The notes: a model not told the origin generated them from the letters alone. 64,000 bases of DNA from an uncultured Alphaproteobacteria bacterium (GCA_944391345.1 CALXTE010000002.1:27220-91219); one strand, 5' to 3'; positions 36,371 to 46,495 are shown, counted from the first letter of the stretch. Made by a program: numbers and translations.

Positions 36371-37327
36371 TTAGAGTTTTGATAAAAGCTCCGGATAAAA
36401 CTTTCGCAAATAATGCTCAACACAAATGTGATTTCCGGTACTAAAAAGTTTTTCCCAAACATCCTCACGAATATCGGCATTCACGTCTTCGAGAATATTT
36501 TGTAAAATACTCTCCTCAAATTTACCGGCATTAACAGCTTCACTTATTGGAACAACCAAATAATTACACCAATCAGAGTATAAAGCCGCTTGTTGCAAAA
36601 GTGGATATAAAGACAGTTTTCCTTCAATAAGCGCATTTTTAATCAACTCACAGGCTTTTTCCTTAAACTGATAGCTGTTTCTAAAAAACGGCAACAGAAT
36701 TTCCTGAGTTTTTTTACCATCAATAACCGCAGTAATTATTTTTATTTCACCGGAGGAAAAGAAAACGAGCCCCTTTTTAATCAATAAATCCATATCGCTA
36801 AGCGAAAATTTACCAGCTAGATACTTGTTTACAATCAAGTATAAATCTTTGCGCAGCAGCACCCCGTTCATCAACAAGATTAGCAAAACTGTCAACGGTA
36901 ATTTTTTTCTTGCAACAGCAAGAATAATTGGTTTAAAAGAAGCATGATTAACAAGACATGAAAGAGACAACTCTTTATAAAAAAAGTCTAAAGAAAGCGA
37001 GCCGTTGGCAACTGAGTTTATAATTTCATCGTTAAGCCTCTCTCCAAAATCAATCCTATAATGTCCGGTTATTCTGATGAAATCACCTTCTGATAATTTT
37101 TTATCAAGAAGAGCCCGTACAATAATTTCTAACTCCGTACTGGAAAAAATCCAATTTTCTTTTCGAGCAAAGCTAACCAAATCGCTTATGGCATCAGGAG
37201 AGCGAAAGGTCAAAATTTTCTCCAATCTTCTGACCGGCTTTTCTCTCATTTTTTTAATTTCAGCTTTATCAATTGCAAGAATGTCATTTACCAGTTCTTG
37301 CATTTTTTCTTCGGATAATTTTTTCAT
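36371..37327 (-). CDS. helical-repeat protein, paralogue P4
   Basis: MKKLSEEKMQEL ... FYPELLSKL. The start is set at the Met homologous to the paralogues (37325-37327). Confidence 0.6.
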   Translation of the reverse strand: MKKLSEEKMQELVNDILAIDKAEIKKMREKPVRRLEKILTFRSPDAISDLVSFARKENWIFSSTELEIIVRALLDKKLSEGDFIRITGHYRIDFGERLNDEIINSVANGSLSLDFFYKELSLSCLVNHASFKPIILAVARKKLPLTVLLILLMNGVLLRKDLYLIVNKYLAGKFSLSDMDLLIKKGLVFFSSGEIKIITAVIDGKKTQEILLPFFRNSYQFKEKACELIKNALIEGKLSLYPLLQQAALYSDWCNYLVVPISEAVNAGKFEESILQNILEDVNADIREDVWEKLFSTGNHICVEHYLRKFYPELLSKL

Positions 37328-37430
37328 AATAAAGATATTTAATAGTTTCATAATTATAATTAATTATCTTTCTCTTATCACACAAAATCAAAGATTGCAA
37401 GCATTTTTTGTCAAATTCAACAAAAGAGTA

Positions 37431-37458
37431 CAAAAAAAAAGCGCCCTGCAGGGCGCCT
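37431..37458 (-). terminator. intrinsic terminator of the flgE-like gene
   Basis: GCGCCC-tgca-GGGCGC hairpin with a T-run on the minus strand. Confidence 0.7.
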
Positions 37459-37474
37459 TAAATAAAACAAAAGC

Positions 37475-38695
37475 TTAGGATTTCAAATCAATCGCCACCG
37501 ATGTCATCTCATTCGCCACGGTAAAAGCATTTGAATTAAGATTATAAGCACGCTGCACCTGAATAAGCTCTGAAAATTCTTGCTCCAAATTAACATTAGA
37601 ACCTTCCAACGACTGCGTACGAAGCAGATTATTTCCGACGGTATCCGGCCCGATAACATAGCTGGTATTACCGACATCACTATAAGCTTCAAACAAAGTT
37701 CCTGAAACCGGCACCAAATTTTCGGGTGCTTGAAAACTAACGACGGCCAGCTTTGCCACATTCAGAGTACGATTATTTGTATATTCGGCTTTTAAGATAC
37801 CATCGCTGTCAATATAGCTTCCGACCAAATCGCCACCCTGAGCACCGTCTTGAGAAACATAAACCTCGCCGTTACTGCCGTCATATTGCGTCATATTCGA
37901 AACATCAATAGCAATAGTGTTTGAGGTTCCGTCTTCCCAATTAACGGTCACATTCATCACCTGCGGAGAAACAAGTTTTCCGTCAGTGGAAAATTTTGCC
38001 TCTATCGGCTCAGCAACAACTTCCGCCCCATCAATGGCAAAACTGACATTCCATGTATTAACGGCGTCCTGACTTTTGTTAAAAATCATATTCATCGTCG
38101 CTTCATTATCTTCCGCGCCATAAACCGTAATACCATAAGTACTGGTATCGACACCTGTTGCCGGCACATTAGCCGTAATCTCCACATCTGTTGTCGGAAC
38201 AGAAGGCATATGATCATCAAAGGCTAAGATAATATCAGAAGGTGTCTGCGCAAAAGTTCCGTCCTCTTGTACCTGAAACCCTTGTACCGCATAGCCATTG
38301 TGATTAACCAGCGCTGTCTGCCCGTTAATTGGCAAAGTGTCAAAATCACCGGCACGAGTATAATAAGTCTGCCCATATTCATCTGTCACCATAAAAAAGG
38401 CATTACCATCTTCAAGCGCCACATCATAAACATTACCGGTACTGCTGATTTCACCGGCTTGCAAAATATTATATCTTGTATAAGTGCCGACACCTGAAAT
38501 ATCTGCTCGAGAAGAACTCAACCCCGCAGCACTGTTTTTAGAAATCGGCTGTGACCCGAGTAAAGTATAAAAGAGCGTATCGGCGGCCTTATAACCTGTG
38601 GTCCGCATATTGGCAATATTATCACTAACCGAGCCCAGAGCAACACTTTGCGCATCAAGACCGGTAACGGATGGAAAGAAAATACTTAAAGCCAT
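37475..38695 (-). CDS. flgE: flagellar hook protein FlgE-like (flagellar basal-body rod/hook family)
   Basis: N-terminal SDNIANMRTTGYK and C-terminal LEGSNVNLEQEFSELIQVQRAYNLNS signatures. The start is set at MALSIF. Confidence 0.75.
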   Translation of the reverse strand: MALSIFFPSVTGLDAQSVALGSVSDNIANMRTTGYKAADTLFYTLLGSQPISKNSAAGLSSSRADISGVGTYTRYNILQAGEISSTGNVYDVALEDGNAFFMVTDEYGQTYYTRAGDFDTLPINGQTALVNHNGYAVQGFQVQEDGTFAQTPSDIILAFDDHMPSVPTTDVEITANVPATGVDTSTYGITVYGAEDNEATMNMIFNKSQDAVNTWNVSFAIDGAEVVAEPIEAKFSTDGKLVSPQVMNVTVNWEDGTSNTIAIDVSNMTQYDGSNGEVYVSQDGAQGGDLVGSYIDSDGILKAEYTNNRTLNVAKLAVVSFQAPENLVPVSGTLFEAYSDVGNTSYVIGPDTVGNNLLRTQSLEGSNVNLEQEFSELIQVQRAYNLNSNAFTVANEMTSVAIDLKS

Positions 38696-38921
38696 GTCAA
38701 GCTCCATAAAAAAACAATCTTTACAAACAATATGCAAATATCGTGCCATTTTTGTATAATTGCGATTCGCCTAAAAAATTACAAAAATCTGTGCAAAAAA
38801 GCGCAAAAAACGGCATTTTTAGGCTTTTTTGAACAAGAATTGCAGATTTTTGTTGTTTTAAATACAAATAGGAAGTAAAAGAAGAAATGAATTTTGTACT
38901 AATAATAAAGAGAGATAAATA

Positions 38922-39413
38922 ATGTCAAACCCATTGGATACGAAAATCATCGGCCGTCTGGCTGAAATTTTAGATAAAACCAATCTGACCGGCATCGAAT
39001 ACGAAGACGAATCTTGCCGCATTAAATTAAGCCGTGAAGTCAGCGGAGCCACAGTCATAGCCGCACCGGCAGCCCCCATTGCGCCGACAGCCCCTCTTCC
39101 GCCAGTAGCACCGGCGGCAGCAGCTCCGACAGCACCGGCACAACCGACCAGTAATGCACCGGAAGATTACAGCAAACATCCTGGAGCCGTTAAATCACCG
39201 ATGGTTGGCGTTGTCTATCTTTCAAGCGACCCCAACAGCCCGAACTATGTTAAAGTCGGCGACACCGTTGCCGAAGGCGACACCGTCTGCTTGATTGAGG
39301 CCATGAAAACCTACAATCCGGTTAAAGCGCACAAAGGCGGCCGCGTCAGCAAAATTTTGGTTGAAAGCGGTGATCCGGTAGAATACGGCGAACCTCTGGT
39401 CATTATTGAATAA
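38922..39413 (+). CDS. accB: acetyl-CoA carboxylase biotin carboxyl carrier protein
   Basis: Pro/Ala linker and the biotinyl-lysine motif IEAMK. Confidence 0.9.
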   Translation: MSNPLDTKIIGRLAEILDKTNLTGIEYEDESCRIKLSREVSGATVIAAPAAPIAPTAPLPPVAPAAAAPTAPAQPTSNAPEDYSKHPGAVKSPMVGVVYLSSDPNSPNYVKVGDTVAEGDTVCLIEAMKTYNPVKAHKGGRVSKILVESGDPVEYGEPLVIIE

Positions 39414-39445
39414 AGCAAGCACCAAACAATCAGGAAGTTATCTAT

Positions 39446-40789
39446 ATGTTTGAAAAAGTTTTAATTGCAAACCGTGGAGAAGTCGCACTGAGAATCCACC
39501 GTGCCTGCCGAGAAATGGGCATCAGAACCGTTGCCGTACACTCTGAGGCAGACGCCAACGCCATGCACGTTCGTCTGGCTGATGAGGCCGTTTGCATCGG
39601 ACCGGCGCGCTCCTCTGACTCATATTTAAATAAGTCAGCCATCATCTCTGCAGCTTTAATCACCGGCGCAGATGCCATTCACCCCGGATTTGGCTTTTTG
39701 TCAGAAAACGCTGACTTTGCCGAAATGGTTGAAGAACACGGCATCACCTTTATCGGCCCAACCGCAGAACAAATGCGTTTGATGGGAGATAAAATTACGG
39801 CGCGTCAAGCCGCCATCAAAGCCGGCATTCCGGTCACACCTGGATCACCGGCACTTGAAAGTGTTGAACACGCAATTGAATGGGCACACAAAATCGGCTA
39901 TCCGGTCATTGTCAAGGCCAAAGACGGCGGTGGCGGAAAAGGCATGAAAACCGCCTTTAATGACGAGGAAATGCGCGAAGCTTATACCATGGCCAAAGCC
40001 GAGGCCAAAGCCTCTTTTCCGAGCGATGTGGTTTACATGGAAAAATATTTGCAAAAACCGCGTCATATTGAAATGCAGATTTTAGCCGACAAATACGGCC
40101 ATGTTGTTCATCTGGGTGAAAGAGATTGCTCTATCCAAAGAAAAAACCAAAAAGTCATTGAGGAGAGCCCTTCTCCGGCCTTAAACCAACAACAACGTCA
40201 AGAGATTGGCGAAATCGTCCGCAAAGCGATTGAACAGATTGGATACACCAATGCCGGAACGCTTGAGTTTTTGTATGAAGACGGCAAGTTTTATTTTCTT
40301 GAGATGAACACCCGCTTGCAGGTTGAACATCCGATTACCGAAGCCGTAACCGGTATTGACATTGTCCGTGAGCAGATTCGCATTGCCAGCGGTGCAGAGC
40401 TCGGCTACACCCAGTCAGACATCAAATTCAACGGCCACGCCATTGAATGCCGCATCAATGCCGAAAATCCGGAAACTTTCACACCTTGCCCCGGAAAAAT
40501 CACCGAATGGCATGCTCCTGGGGGATTAGGCGTCCGTGTTGATTCGGAAATTTATTCCGGTTACAGCATTCCGCCGTTTTATGACAGCATGATTGCTAAA
40601 CTGATTGTCCATGGCAAGACCAGAAACGCTGCTTTAATGAGATTACGCCGTGCACTGGAAGAATTTGTGATTGATGGTGTCCAAACCACCATTCCTCTGC
40701 ATCAGGAAATCATTTCACAACCGGAATTTATTGACGGACAATATAATATTCACTGGCTTGAACATTATATGGAAAGTCGCAAAAAATAA
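39446..40789 (+). CDS. accC: acetyl-CoA carboxylase biotin carboxylase subunit
   Basis: MFEKVLIANRGEVALRI N-terminus, ATP-grasp GGGGKGM, and EMNTRLQVEHPITE. Confidence 0.95.
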   Translation: MFEKVLIANRGEVALRIHRACREMGIRTVAVHSEADANAMHVRLADEAVCIGPARSSDSYLNKSAIISAALITGADAIHPGFGFLSENADFAEMVEEHGITFIGPTAEQMRLMGDKITARQAAIKAGIPVTPGSPALESVEHAIEWAHKIGYPVIVKAKDGGGGKGMKTAFNDEEMREAYTMAKAEAKASFPSDVVYMEKYLQKPRHIEMQILADKYGHVVHLGERDCSIQRKNQKVIEESPSPALNQQQRQEIGEIVRKAIEQIGYTNAGTLEFLYEDGKFYFLEMNTRLQVEHPITEAVTGIDIVREQIRIASGAELGYTQSDIKFNGHAIECRINAENPETFTPCPGKITEWHAPGGLGVRVDSEIYSGYSIPPFYDSMIAKLIVHGKTRNAALMRLRRALEEFVIDGVQTTIPLHQEIISQPEFIDGQYNIHWLEHYMESRKK

Positions 40790-40902
40790 TCCGCCAACAA
40801 CCCTGCCGACAAGTAGGGTTGTTTTTTTTCAAGCTGTTAAAAAAATAAAAAGCCTTTGCAAAAGCAGGGAAAGTGTTTTATACCTGAAAAGAGAAAATAA
40901 GG

Positions 40903-41172
40903 ATGACGAAAATGAGCAAAGACCCTGTCAGCGAAAACAATTTAGGAAATAACATAAACATAGAATTATCCGTAACCCTCGGAACAGCAAGCTTGCGCAT
41001 CAATCAGTTGCTGAAACTCGGTCGCGGAGCCGTTGTCGAACTCGACCGCGGCGTTAATGATTATGTTGACATCTATGCCAATGACATCCTCATCGGTCAT
41101 GGCGAAGTCATTATCACCAATGACGAAACAATAGGCATCTCAATCACCGACATTGTAGGCAAAAATGGCTAA
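40903..41172 (+). CDS. fliN: FliN/SpoA-domain protein (flagellar motor switch FliN-like)
   Basis: LRINQLLKLGRGAVVELDRGVNDYVDIYANDILIGHGEVI is the SpoA (FliN/YscQ) C-terminal domain. Confidence 0.7.
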   Translation: MTKMSKDPVSENNLGNNINIELSVTLGTASLRINQLLKLGRGAVVELDRGVNDYVDIYANDILIGHGEVIITNDETIGISITDIVGKNG

Positions 41173-41908
41173 AGGAATCAAAAAAGTTACCCGCAAATTA
41201 CTCAAGTCCAAATTTGCCTCGGCAATAATGGGCTACATTGTGTATTTATATACCAAGCTCGTCGGCCTGACAACCCTCTGGAAAAAAGACTCATTACAAG
41301 AATTTTATAAAGTCTGGGAAAAAGAAAAAAGCATTATTATCATCATCTGGCACGGCCGCGCCACCATGATACCTTATTTCTGGAACAAGAAGCGCCCATT
41401 GAATGCACTGGTTTCAATGCACAATGACGGCATGCTCATGGCCCGCTTATTAAAACACTATGGCCTCGGCATTATCGGAGGCTCAACCACCTCAAACGCC
41501 GCCCAAGCCGCGATTGGCCTTATGAAAAAAATCAAATACGACAATGAAACCATTGCCATCATCCCCGACGGACCGATAGGCCCCTCAATGAGCATGAACA
41601 TGAGCCCGCTCTATTTTGCCCAAAAAAGCGGCAAACCCATAATCGGCATTACATACAGCACCAAAAGGGCCAAGATTTTTCACAAAAGCTGGGACGAGAT
41701 GATGTTTCCTTATCCATTCAACCGCGGTGTGATAAACTTTACACAGCCTTTTTACATCAAAGAAGACCTAACTGCGGAAGAACTTGAGGCCGAACGCAAA
41801 AAAATAGAAGCCGCCATGCGAGAGCTTAGCATTGAGGCGGACAAATCTCTCGGCCGAAAGCCCATCCTCCCCGGAACCAGAGTCAAAAAGAAAAAACCCG
41901 CCGCATAG
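41165..41908 (+). CDS. DUF374-family lysophospholipid-acyltransferase-like protein
   Basis: The IIIWHGR...IIPDGPIGP pattern, plus its conserved position upstream of waaA in alphaproteobacteria. Confidence 0.65.
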   Translation: MAKGIKKVTRKLLKSKFASAIMGYIVYLYTKLVGLTTLWKKDSLQEFYKVWEKEKSIIIIIWHGRATMIPYFWNKKRPLNALVSMHNDGMLMARLLKHYGLGIIGGSTTSNAAQAAIGLMKKIKYDNETIAIIPDGPIGPSMSMNMSPLYFAQKSGKPIIGITYSTKRAKIFHKSWDEMMFPYPFNRGVINFTQPFYIKEDLTAEELEAERKKIEAAMRELSIEADKSLGRKPILPGTRVKKKKPAA

Positions 41909-41925
41909 AAAACAGGAACCCCAAA

Positions 41926-43191
41926 ATGTTTATCAAAATATATAACGCCTTAATTTATCTCCTCTACCCTTTGGTCATCCGCGGATATATTAATAAAAGA
42001 AAAGAAAAAGGCAAAGAAGACCTAAAACGCTTTAACGAAAGAATTGGTCGCCCAAAGCTAAAACGTCCGGAAGGCAAATTAATCTGGTTTCACGGCGCCT
42101 CGGTTGGCGAATCAATTTCCATGCTGCCGCTGATAAACAAACTGCTTGAGGCGCACCCAGATGCGCATGTCATGGTCACCACCGGCACCACAACTTCTGC
42201 CGAAATCATGGGCAAAAGACTGCCGGAAAGAGCCTTTCATCAATATATCCCGATAGACAATCCGGCCTTTGCCAAACGTTTTTTAAAACATTGGCAACCG
42301 GACCTGATTTTGTGGTTTGAATCCGACTTTTGGCCGGCCATGCTTTCGAATATCAAAAAAAGAAACATCCCGCTGATTTTGGTAAACGGACGCATTTCTA
42401 ATAAATCATTCAAGCGCTGGCAGCAATTTGACTTCATCAGCAAAGAGCTTTTGGGCTGCTTTAGCTTTTGCCTTGGCCAGTCTGAAGAAGACGCTTATCG
42501 CCTGCGCGTTTTAGGCGCCAAAGACGCCGCCTGCCTCGGCAATCTGAAATACGCCGGTCTTCCCATGCCGATTGATGAAAAAGAAAAAAACGAGATTGAA
42601 AAAGAAATCGGCTCACGTCCGGTTTGGCTTTATGGCTCGACTCATAGCGACGAAGAAATCAAGCTCGGCCGCTTTCTGAAAGAAATAGAGCAAGCCATTC
42701 CGAATATTTTAACCATAATTGTTCCCCGCCATCCGCAAAGAGGAACAGAAATAAATCAAGCGCTGAAAGACTTAGGTCTAAAGACGGCACTGCGCTCTGC
42801 CAAAGAAAAGATAACCGATAAAACACAGGTTTATATTGCCGATACCATTGGCGAAATGGGACTATGGTATTCAATCTGCCCGTTGGTATTTGTCGGCGGC
42901 TCGCTCATTCCGCACGGCGGCCAAAACTTTATTGAGCCCTCCAGAATGAGAGACGCGGTAATTGTCGGTCCTCATATGCACAATTTCACCGACGCCATGA
43001 ACCGCGCCAAAAAAGCCGATGCCATCATTCAAGTCAATGATATTGTTGAGTTAAAAGACACCGTCATTCAGCTCATGAGCAACAAAGAATTGCTTGAAGC
43101 CAAAAGAAGCTTAGCCTATAACTGGGCCACTGCCGAAAACAAAGTCCTTGACGGCATTCTCGCAAAAATAAAAGGATATATACAGGAATGA
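41926..43191 (+). CDS. waaA: 3-deoxy-D-manno-octulosonic acid (Kdo) transferase
   Basis: The WFHGASVGE motif and overall KdtA pattern. Overlaps the lpxK start. Confidence 0.9.
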   Translation: MFIKIYNALIYLLYPLVIRGYINKRKEKGKEDLKRFNERIGRPKLKRPEGKLIWFHGASVGESISMLPLINKLLEAHPDAHVMVTTGTTTSAEIMGKRLPERAFHQYIPIDNPAFAKRFLKHWQPDLILWFESDFWPAMLSNIKKRNIPLILVNGRISNKSFKRWQQFDFISKELLGCFSFCLGQSEEDAYRLRVLGAKDAACLGNLKYAGLPMPIDEKEKNEIEKEIGSRPVWLYGSTHSDEEIKLGRFLKEIEQAIPNILTIIVPRHPQRGTEINQALKDLGLKTALRSAKEKITDKTQVYIADTIGEMGLWYSICPLVFVGGSLIPHGGQNFIEPSRMRDAVIVGPHMHNFTDAMNRAKKADAIIQVNDIVELKDTVIQLMSNKELLEAKRSLAYNWATAENKVLDGILAKIKGYIQE

Positions 43192-44144
43192 AAACCCCGC
43201 GTTTCTGGAAGAGCAAAAACCTCATTTCGACCACCCTGTTGCCTTTGGGCTGGATATATTCCGGCCTAACCGCCGCGCGCCTAAAATTCAAAAAAAGCGG
43301 CAAAGTAAACATTCCTGTCATCTGCCTCGGCAACATCACGGCAGGCGGCAGCGGCAAAACCCCGACCGCGGTAACTTTAGCCAAGCTTTTACAAAAAAAA
43401 GGCTATCATCCTTATTTTGTATCCCGCGGCTATGGCGGAAAATTATCCGATATTATTTTAACCAAAGACAGCACCTACACCGCAGCTGAAGTTGGAGACG
43501 AACCACTGATATTAAGCCGCACGGCACCGGTTTCGATTAACCCCGACCGCTACCAAGCCGCCCTAAAAGCCCAAGAACAAGGCGCTGACATAATCATCAT
43601 GGACGATGGCTTTCAAAATCCGTCACTAAAAAAAGATATTTCGATTCTGATAATTGACGGCGGCTTTGGCTTTGGCAACCTGCGCCCTCTGCCCGCCGGC
43701 CCGTTAAGAGAAAATTTGCAAAGCGGCTTAAAAAGAGCCAACGCCGCCCTGATTATCGGAGCAGATAAAACCAACTGCGCCCAAGAGATGAAAAATCTGC
43801 CGCTTTTTTATGGCAAAATTAAAGAAATCGAGCCACCAACCAAACCGACAAATGTCATAGCTTTTGCCGGCATCGGCCGCCCCGCAAAATTTTATCAGTC
43901 TTTAGAAAATTGCGGAATAAACATCATCAGCCGCCACGATTTTCCCGACCATCATTTTTATACCGAAAAAGAGCTCCGGAGCTTATTAAATGAAGCCCAA
44001 GAAAAAAAGGCCGAGCTTTACACCACGGCAAAAGATATTGTAAAAATTCCCCTGCCCCTGCGCCCGAAATTTAAGGTTTTGGAAATCGAAATAGAAATCG
44101 AGAAAGAACAAGAACTTATATCATTTATTTTATCAAGATTATGA
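43188..44144 (+). CDS. lpxK: tetraacyldisaccharide 4'-kinase
   Basis: P-loop GNITAGGSGKTP and the SRGYGG motif. Confidence 0.9.
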   Translation: MKTPRFWKSKNLISTTLLPLGWIYSGLTAARLKFKKSGKVNIPVICLGNITAGGSGKTPTAVTLAKLLQKKGYHPYFVSRGYGGKLSDIILTKDSTYTAAEVGDEPLILSRTAPVSINPDRYQAALKAQEQGADIIIMDDGFQNPSLKKDISILIIDGGFGFGNLRPLPAGPLRENLQSGLKRANAALIIGADKTNCAQEMKNLPLFYGKIKEIEPPTKPTNVIAFAGIGRPAKFYQSLENCGINIISRHDFPDHHFYTEKELRSLLNEAQEKKAELYTTAKDIVKIPLPLRPKFKVLEIEIEIEKEQELISFILSRL

Positions 44145-44153
44145 GGAAAAGAA

Positions 44154-44552
44154 ATGGAAGAATACGAAAATCAGGTTTTAGAATGTCATAAAGCCATGGA
44201 AGTTGCCGTCAATGAACCTTACAGCGTTGAACTGCTTAAATTAAGACAAAAGCTCCTGCACGAAGAAATGAGCGAACTTGATGCCGAGATTAACAGCCTC
44301 ATCAGCGAGATAGAAAACCAAGGCCAAACCACCAAAACCACGCGTATAAAAATGCTAAAAGAATTGGCGGATTTGCAATATGTTTTAAGCGGCACGGTCG
44401 TTGCCTTTAACCTACCGATGCAAGAGGCTTTTCACCGTGTTCACCAAAGCAATATGTCCAAGCTTGTTAATGGCAAAGCCCTAAAGCGTGAAGACGGAAA
44501 ATTCTTAAAAGGCCCGAATTACAAGCCGCCGTTTTTAGATGATTTGGCTTAA
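44154..44552 (+). CDS. MazG-like all-alpha nucleotide pyrophosphohydrolase
   Basis: The EExxE-type helix (LLHEEMSELDAEI) and LKELADLQYVL resemble the MazG/HisE-like NTP-PPase pattern. Confidence 0.45.
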   Translation: MEEYENQVLECHKAMEVAVNEPYSVELLKLRQKLLHEEMSELDAEINSLISEIENQGQTTKTTRIKMLKELADLQYVLSGTVVAFNLPMQEAFHRVHQSNMSKLVNGKALKREDGKFLKGPNYKPPFLDDLA

Positions 44553-44556
44553 AGAT

Positions 44557-45795
44557 TTATTCATAGCGCAAAGCATTAATCGGATTCAGCAAAGAGGCTT
44601 TATAAGCCGGATAGAAGCCGAAGAAAAGCCCGACAAACCCCGCAAATGAAAACGGCAGCAAAACATAAAGCGGAGAAATCATCGGCGTCAACGAGGTGAA
44701 ATGCGCGACTAATTCAACGCCGATAAATCCTAAAATAATGCCGACAATGCCACCGATTAAAGACAGCACCAGCGCCTCGGTCAAAAACTGCCAGCGAATA
44801 TCCCAAGACTTTGCGCCGATAGCCATACGAATACCGATTTCACGCGTGCGCTCGGTAACCGACACCAGCATAATGTTCATAATACCGATACCGCCGACCA
44901 AAAGAGAGATTGAAGCGATTGAACCGAGCAAAATCGTCATAACTTGCGTAGAGCTTTCCATCATCTCCATCATCTGTGTCATGTTGCGGATAACAAAATC
45001 GTCTTCCTTATAGCGGCCGAGATTATGGCGTTGGCGTAAAAGCTGGCGGATTTCCTCTTGCGCGGTATAAGTACTTTGCGCATCAACCGCTTGCAGGATA
45101 ACCATTTTCACCTGGTCAGGAAATTGAATACCCATAACTTTTTTCTGCGCGGTCGTAATAGGGATAAACACGACATCATCTTGATCCATTCCCATACTGT
45201 TTTGCCCACGCTCATCCATCACGCCGATAACCTTAAACGGTTGTCCTTTAATACGAATGGTATGATTAAGCGGATCAACATCACCAAACAATTCATTAAC
45301 CACGGTTTGACCGAGAATAGCCACTTTGGCCGCATTTTTAATATCAGCATCGCTGAAATTTCGCCCATAACCGATATCCCACTCTTTAATCAAAAAATTA
45401 CGATTATCCGTACCGGTAATTCCGGTTGACCAGTTAGCGTTGCCATAAACGACTTGAGCGGTTTCTTCCAAGATAGGCGCGGCTAAAGATATGGCAGAAA
45501 TTTTTTCCTGAATGGCATCACCGTCGCCTTTTTTCATGGTTGGCTGAGAACCATGCCCACCGCGCGCTCCGCTGGAAGTTGCCACACCGGAGCGAATAAT
45601 AATCAGATTCGAGCCCATGGATTGCATATCGTTTTTAATAGAGATTTGCGCCCCATGTCCAACGGCCAGCATGATAATAACCGCTGCCACACCGATAATA
45701 ATACCGAGGCTGGTCAAAATCGAGCGCATTTTATTGGCTTTAATAGCCCGAAAGGCAATGCTTGAAATCATCGGAATATTAATCATCTCATTCAC
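44557..45795 (-). CDS. MacB-type ABC transporter permease (MacB_PCD + FtsX domains)
   Basis: N-terminal TM, a large periplasmic domain and a C-terminal FtsX-like 3-TM bundle. Overlaps the ATPase gene. Confidence 0.8.
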   Translation of the reverse strand: MNEMINIPMISSIAFRAIKANKMRSILTSLGIIIGVAAVIIMLAVGHGAQISIKNDMQSMGSNLIIIRSGVATSSGARGGHGSQPTMKKGDGDAIQEKISAISLAAPILEETAQVVYGNANWSTGITGTDNRNFLIKEWDIGYGRNFSDADIKNAAKVAILGQTVVNELFGDVDPLNHTIRIKGQPFKVIGVMDERGQNSMGMDQDDVVFIPITTAQKKVMGIQFPDQVKMVILQAVDAQSTYTAQEEIRQLLRQRHNLGRYKEDDFVIRNMTQMMEMMESSTQVMTILLGSIASISLLVGGIGIMNIMLVSVTERTREIGIRMAIGAKSWDIRWQFLTEALVLSLIGGIVGIILGFIGVELVAHFTSLTPMISPLYVLLPFSFAGFVGLFFGFYPAYKASLLNPINALRYE

Positions 45796-46495
45796 CTCCC
45801 GAACTACGGTTTAAGACCGGCTCATCAGATTGAATTTCCCCATCCACAACTTTAATAATACGCTTGCTGTAAAGGGCAATATCCTCTTCATGGGTCACAA
45901 GAATGATTGTTTTTCCGGTTTCTTCATTAAGCTTGGTAAAAAGCTTCATAATCTCGATACTCATTTTCGTATCCAAATTTCCGGTTGGCTCATCGGCAAA
46001 AATAATCGGCGCATCATTCACCACCGCACGCGCAATCGCCACACGTTGCTGTTGCCCGCCGGAAAGCTGGTTAGGCAAATGATCCATACGTTCTTTCAAC
46101 CCGACCTTTTCCAAAGCCTTTTTCGCACGCTGAAAACGCTCTTCGGCAGGTATACCGGCATAAACCATCGGCAGCTCCACATTTTCCAAAGCCGAGGTTC
46201 GGGAAAGCAGATTAAATCCCTGAAAAACAAAGCCTATTTTTTTATTACGGATTTCGGCTAATTGATCAGGCTTCATCTTGCTGACATCAATACCGTCAAG
46301 CAGATATTTGCCCGAAGACGGAATATCCAAACAACCGAGAATATTCATCAAGGTCGATTTTCCCGACCCGGAAGGTCCCATAATCGCCACAAACTCACCG
46401 GCCTCAACCGACAGATTAATCCCCTTAAGAATATTAAGGTTCAAATCACCGAGAGGATAGCTTTTTTTAATATTTTTAACATCAATCAGGGACAT
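45788..46495 (-). CDS. ABC transporter ATP-binding protein (MacB/LolD type)
   Basis: Walker [10 protein letters not shown], signature LSGGQQQR and Walker B IIFADEPT. Confidence 0.9.
   Translation of the reverse strand: MSLIDVKNIKKSYPLGDLNLNILKGINLSVEAGEFVAIMGPSGSGKSTLMNILGCLDIPSSGKYLLDGIDVSKMKPDQLAEIRNKKIGFVFQGFNLLSRTSALENVELPMVYAGIPAEERFQRAKKALEKVGLKERMDHLPNQLSGGQQQRVAIARAVVNDAPIIFADEPTGNLDTKMSIEIMKLFTKLNEETGKTIILVTHEEDIALYSKRIIKVVDGEIQSDEPVLNRSSGGE

Larger units (their letters stand above)
33314..37474 (-). repeat. tandem array of four promoter-gene-terminator units encoding paralogous helical-repeat proteins
   Basis: Four co-directional paralogues. The intergenic blocks are conserved (TTGCAA/TTGTAA -35, leader ATGTCAAACTATTAA). 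Near-identical terminators AAAAAAGCGCCCCGAAGGACGCAATTTTTT follow each gene. Confidence 0.85.
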
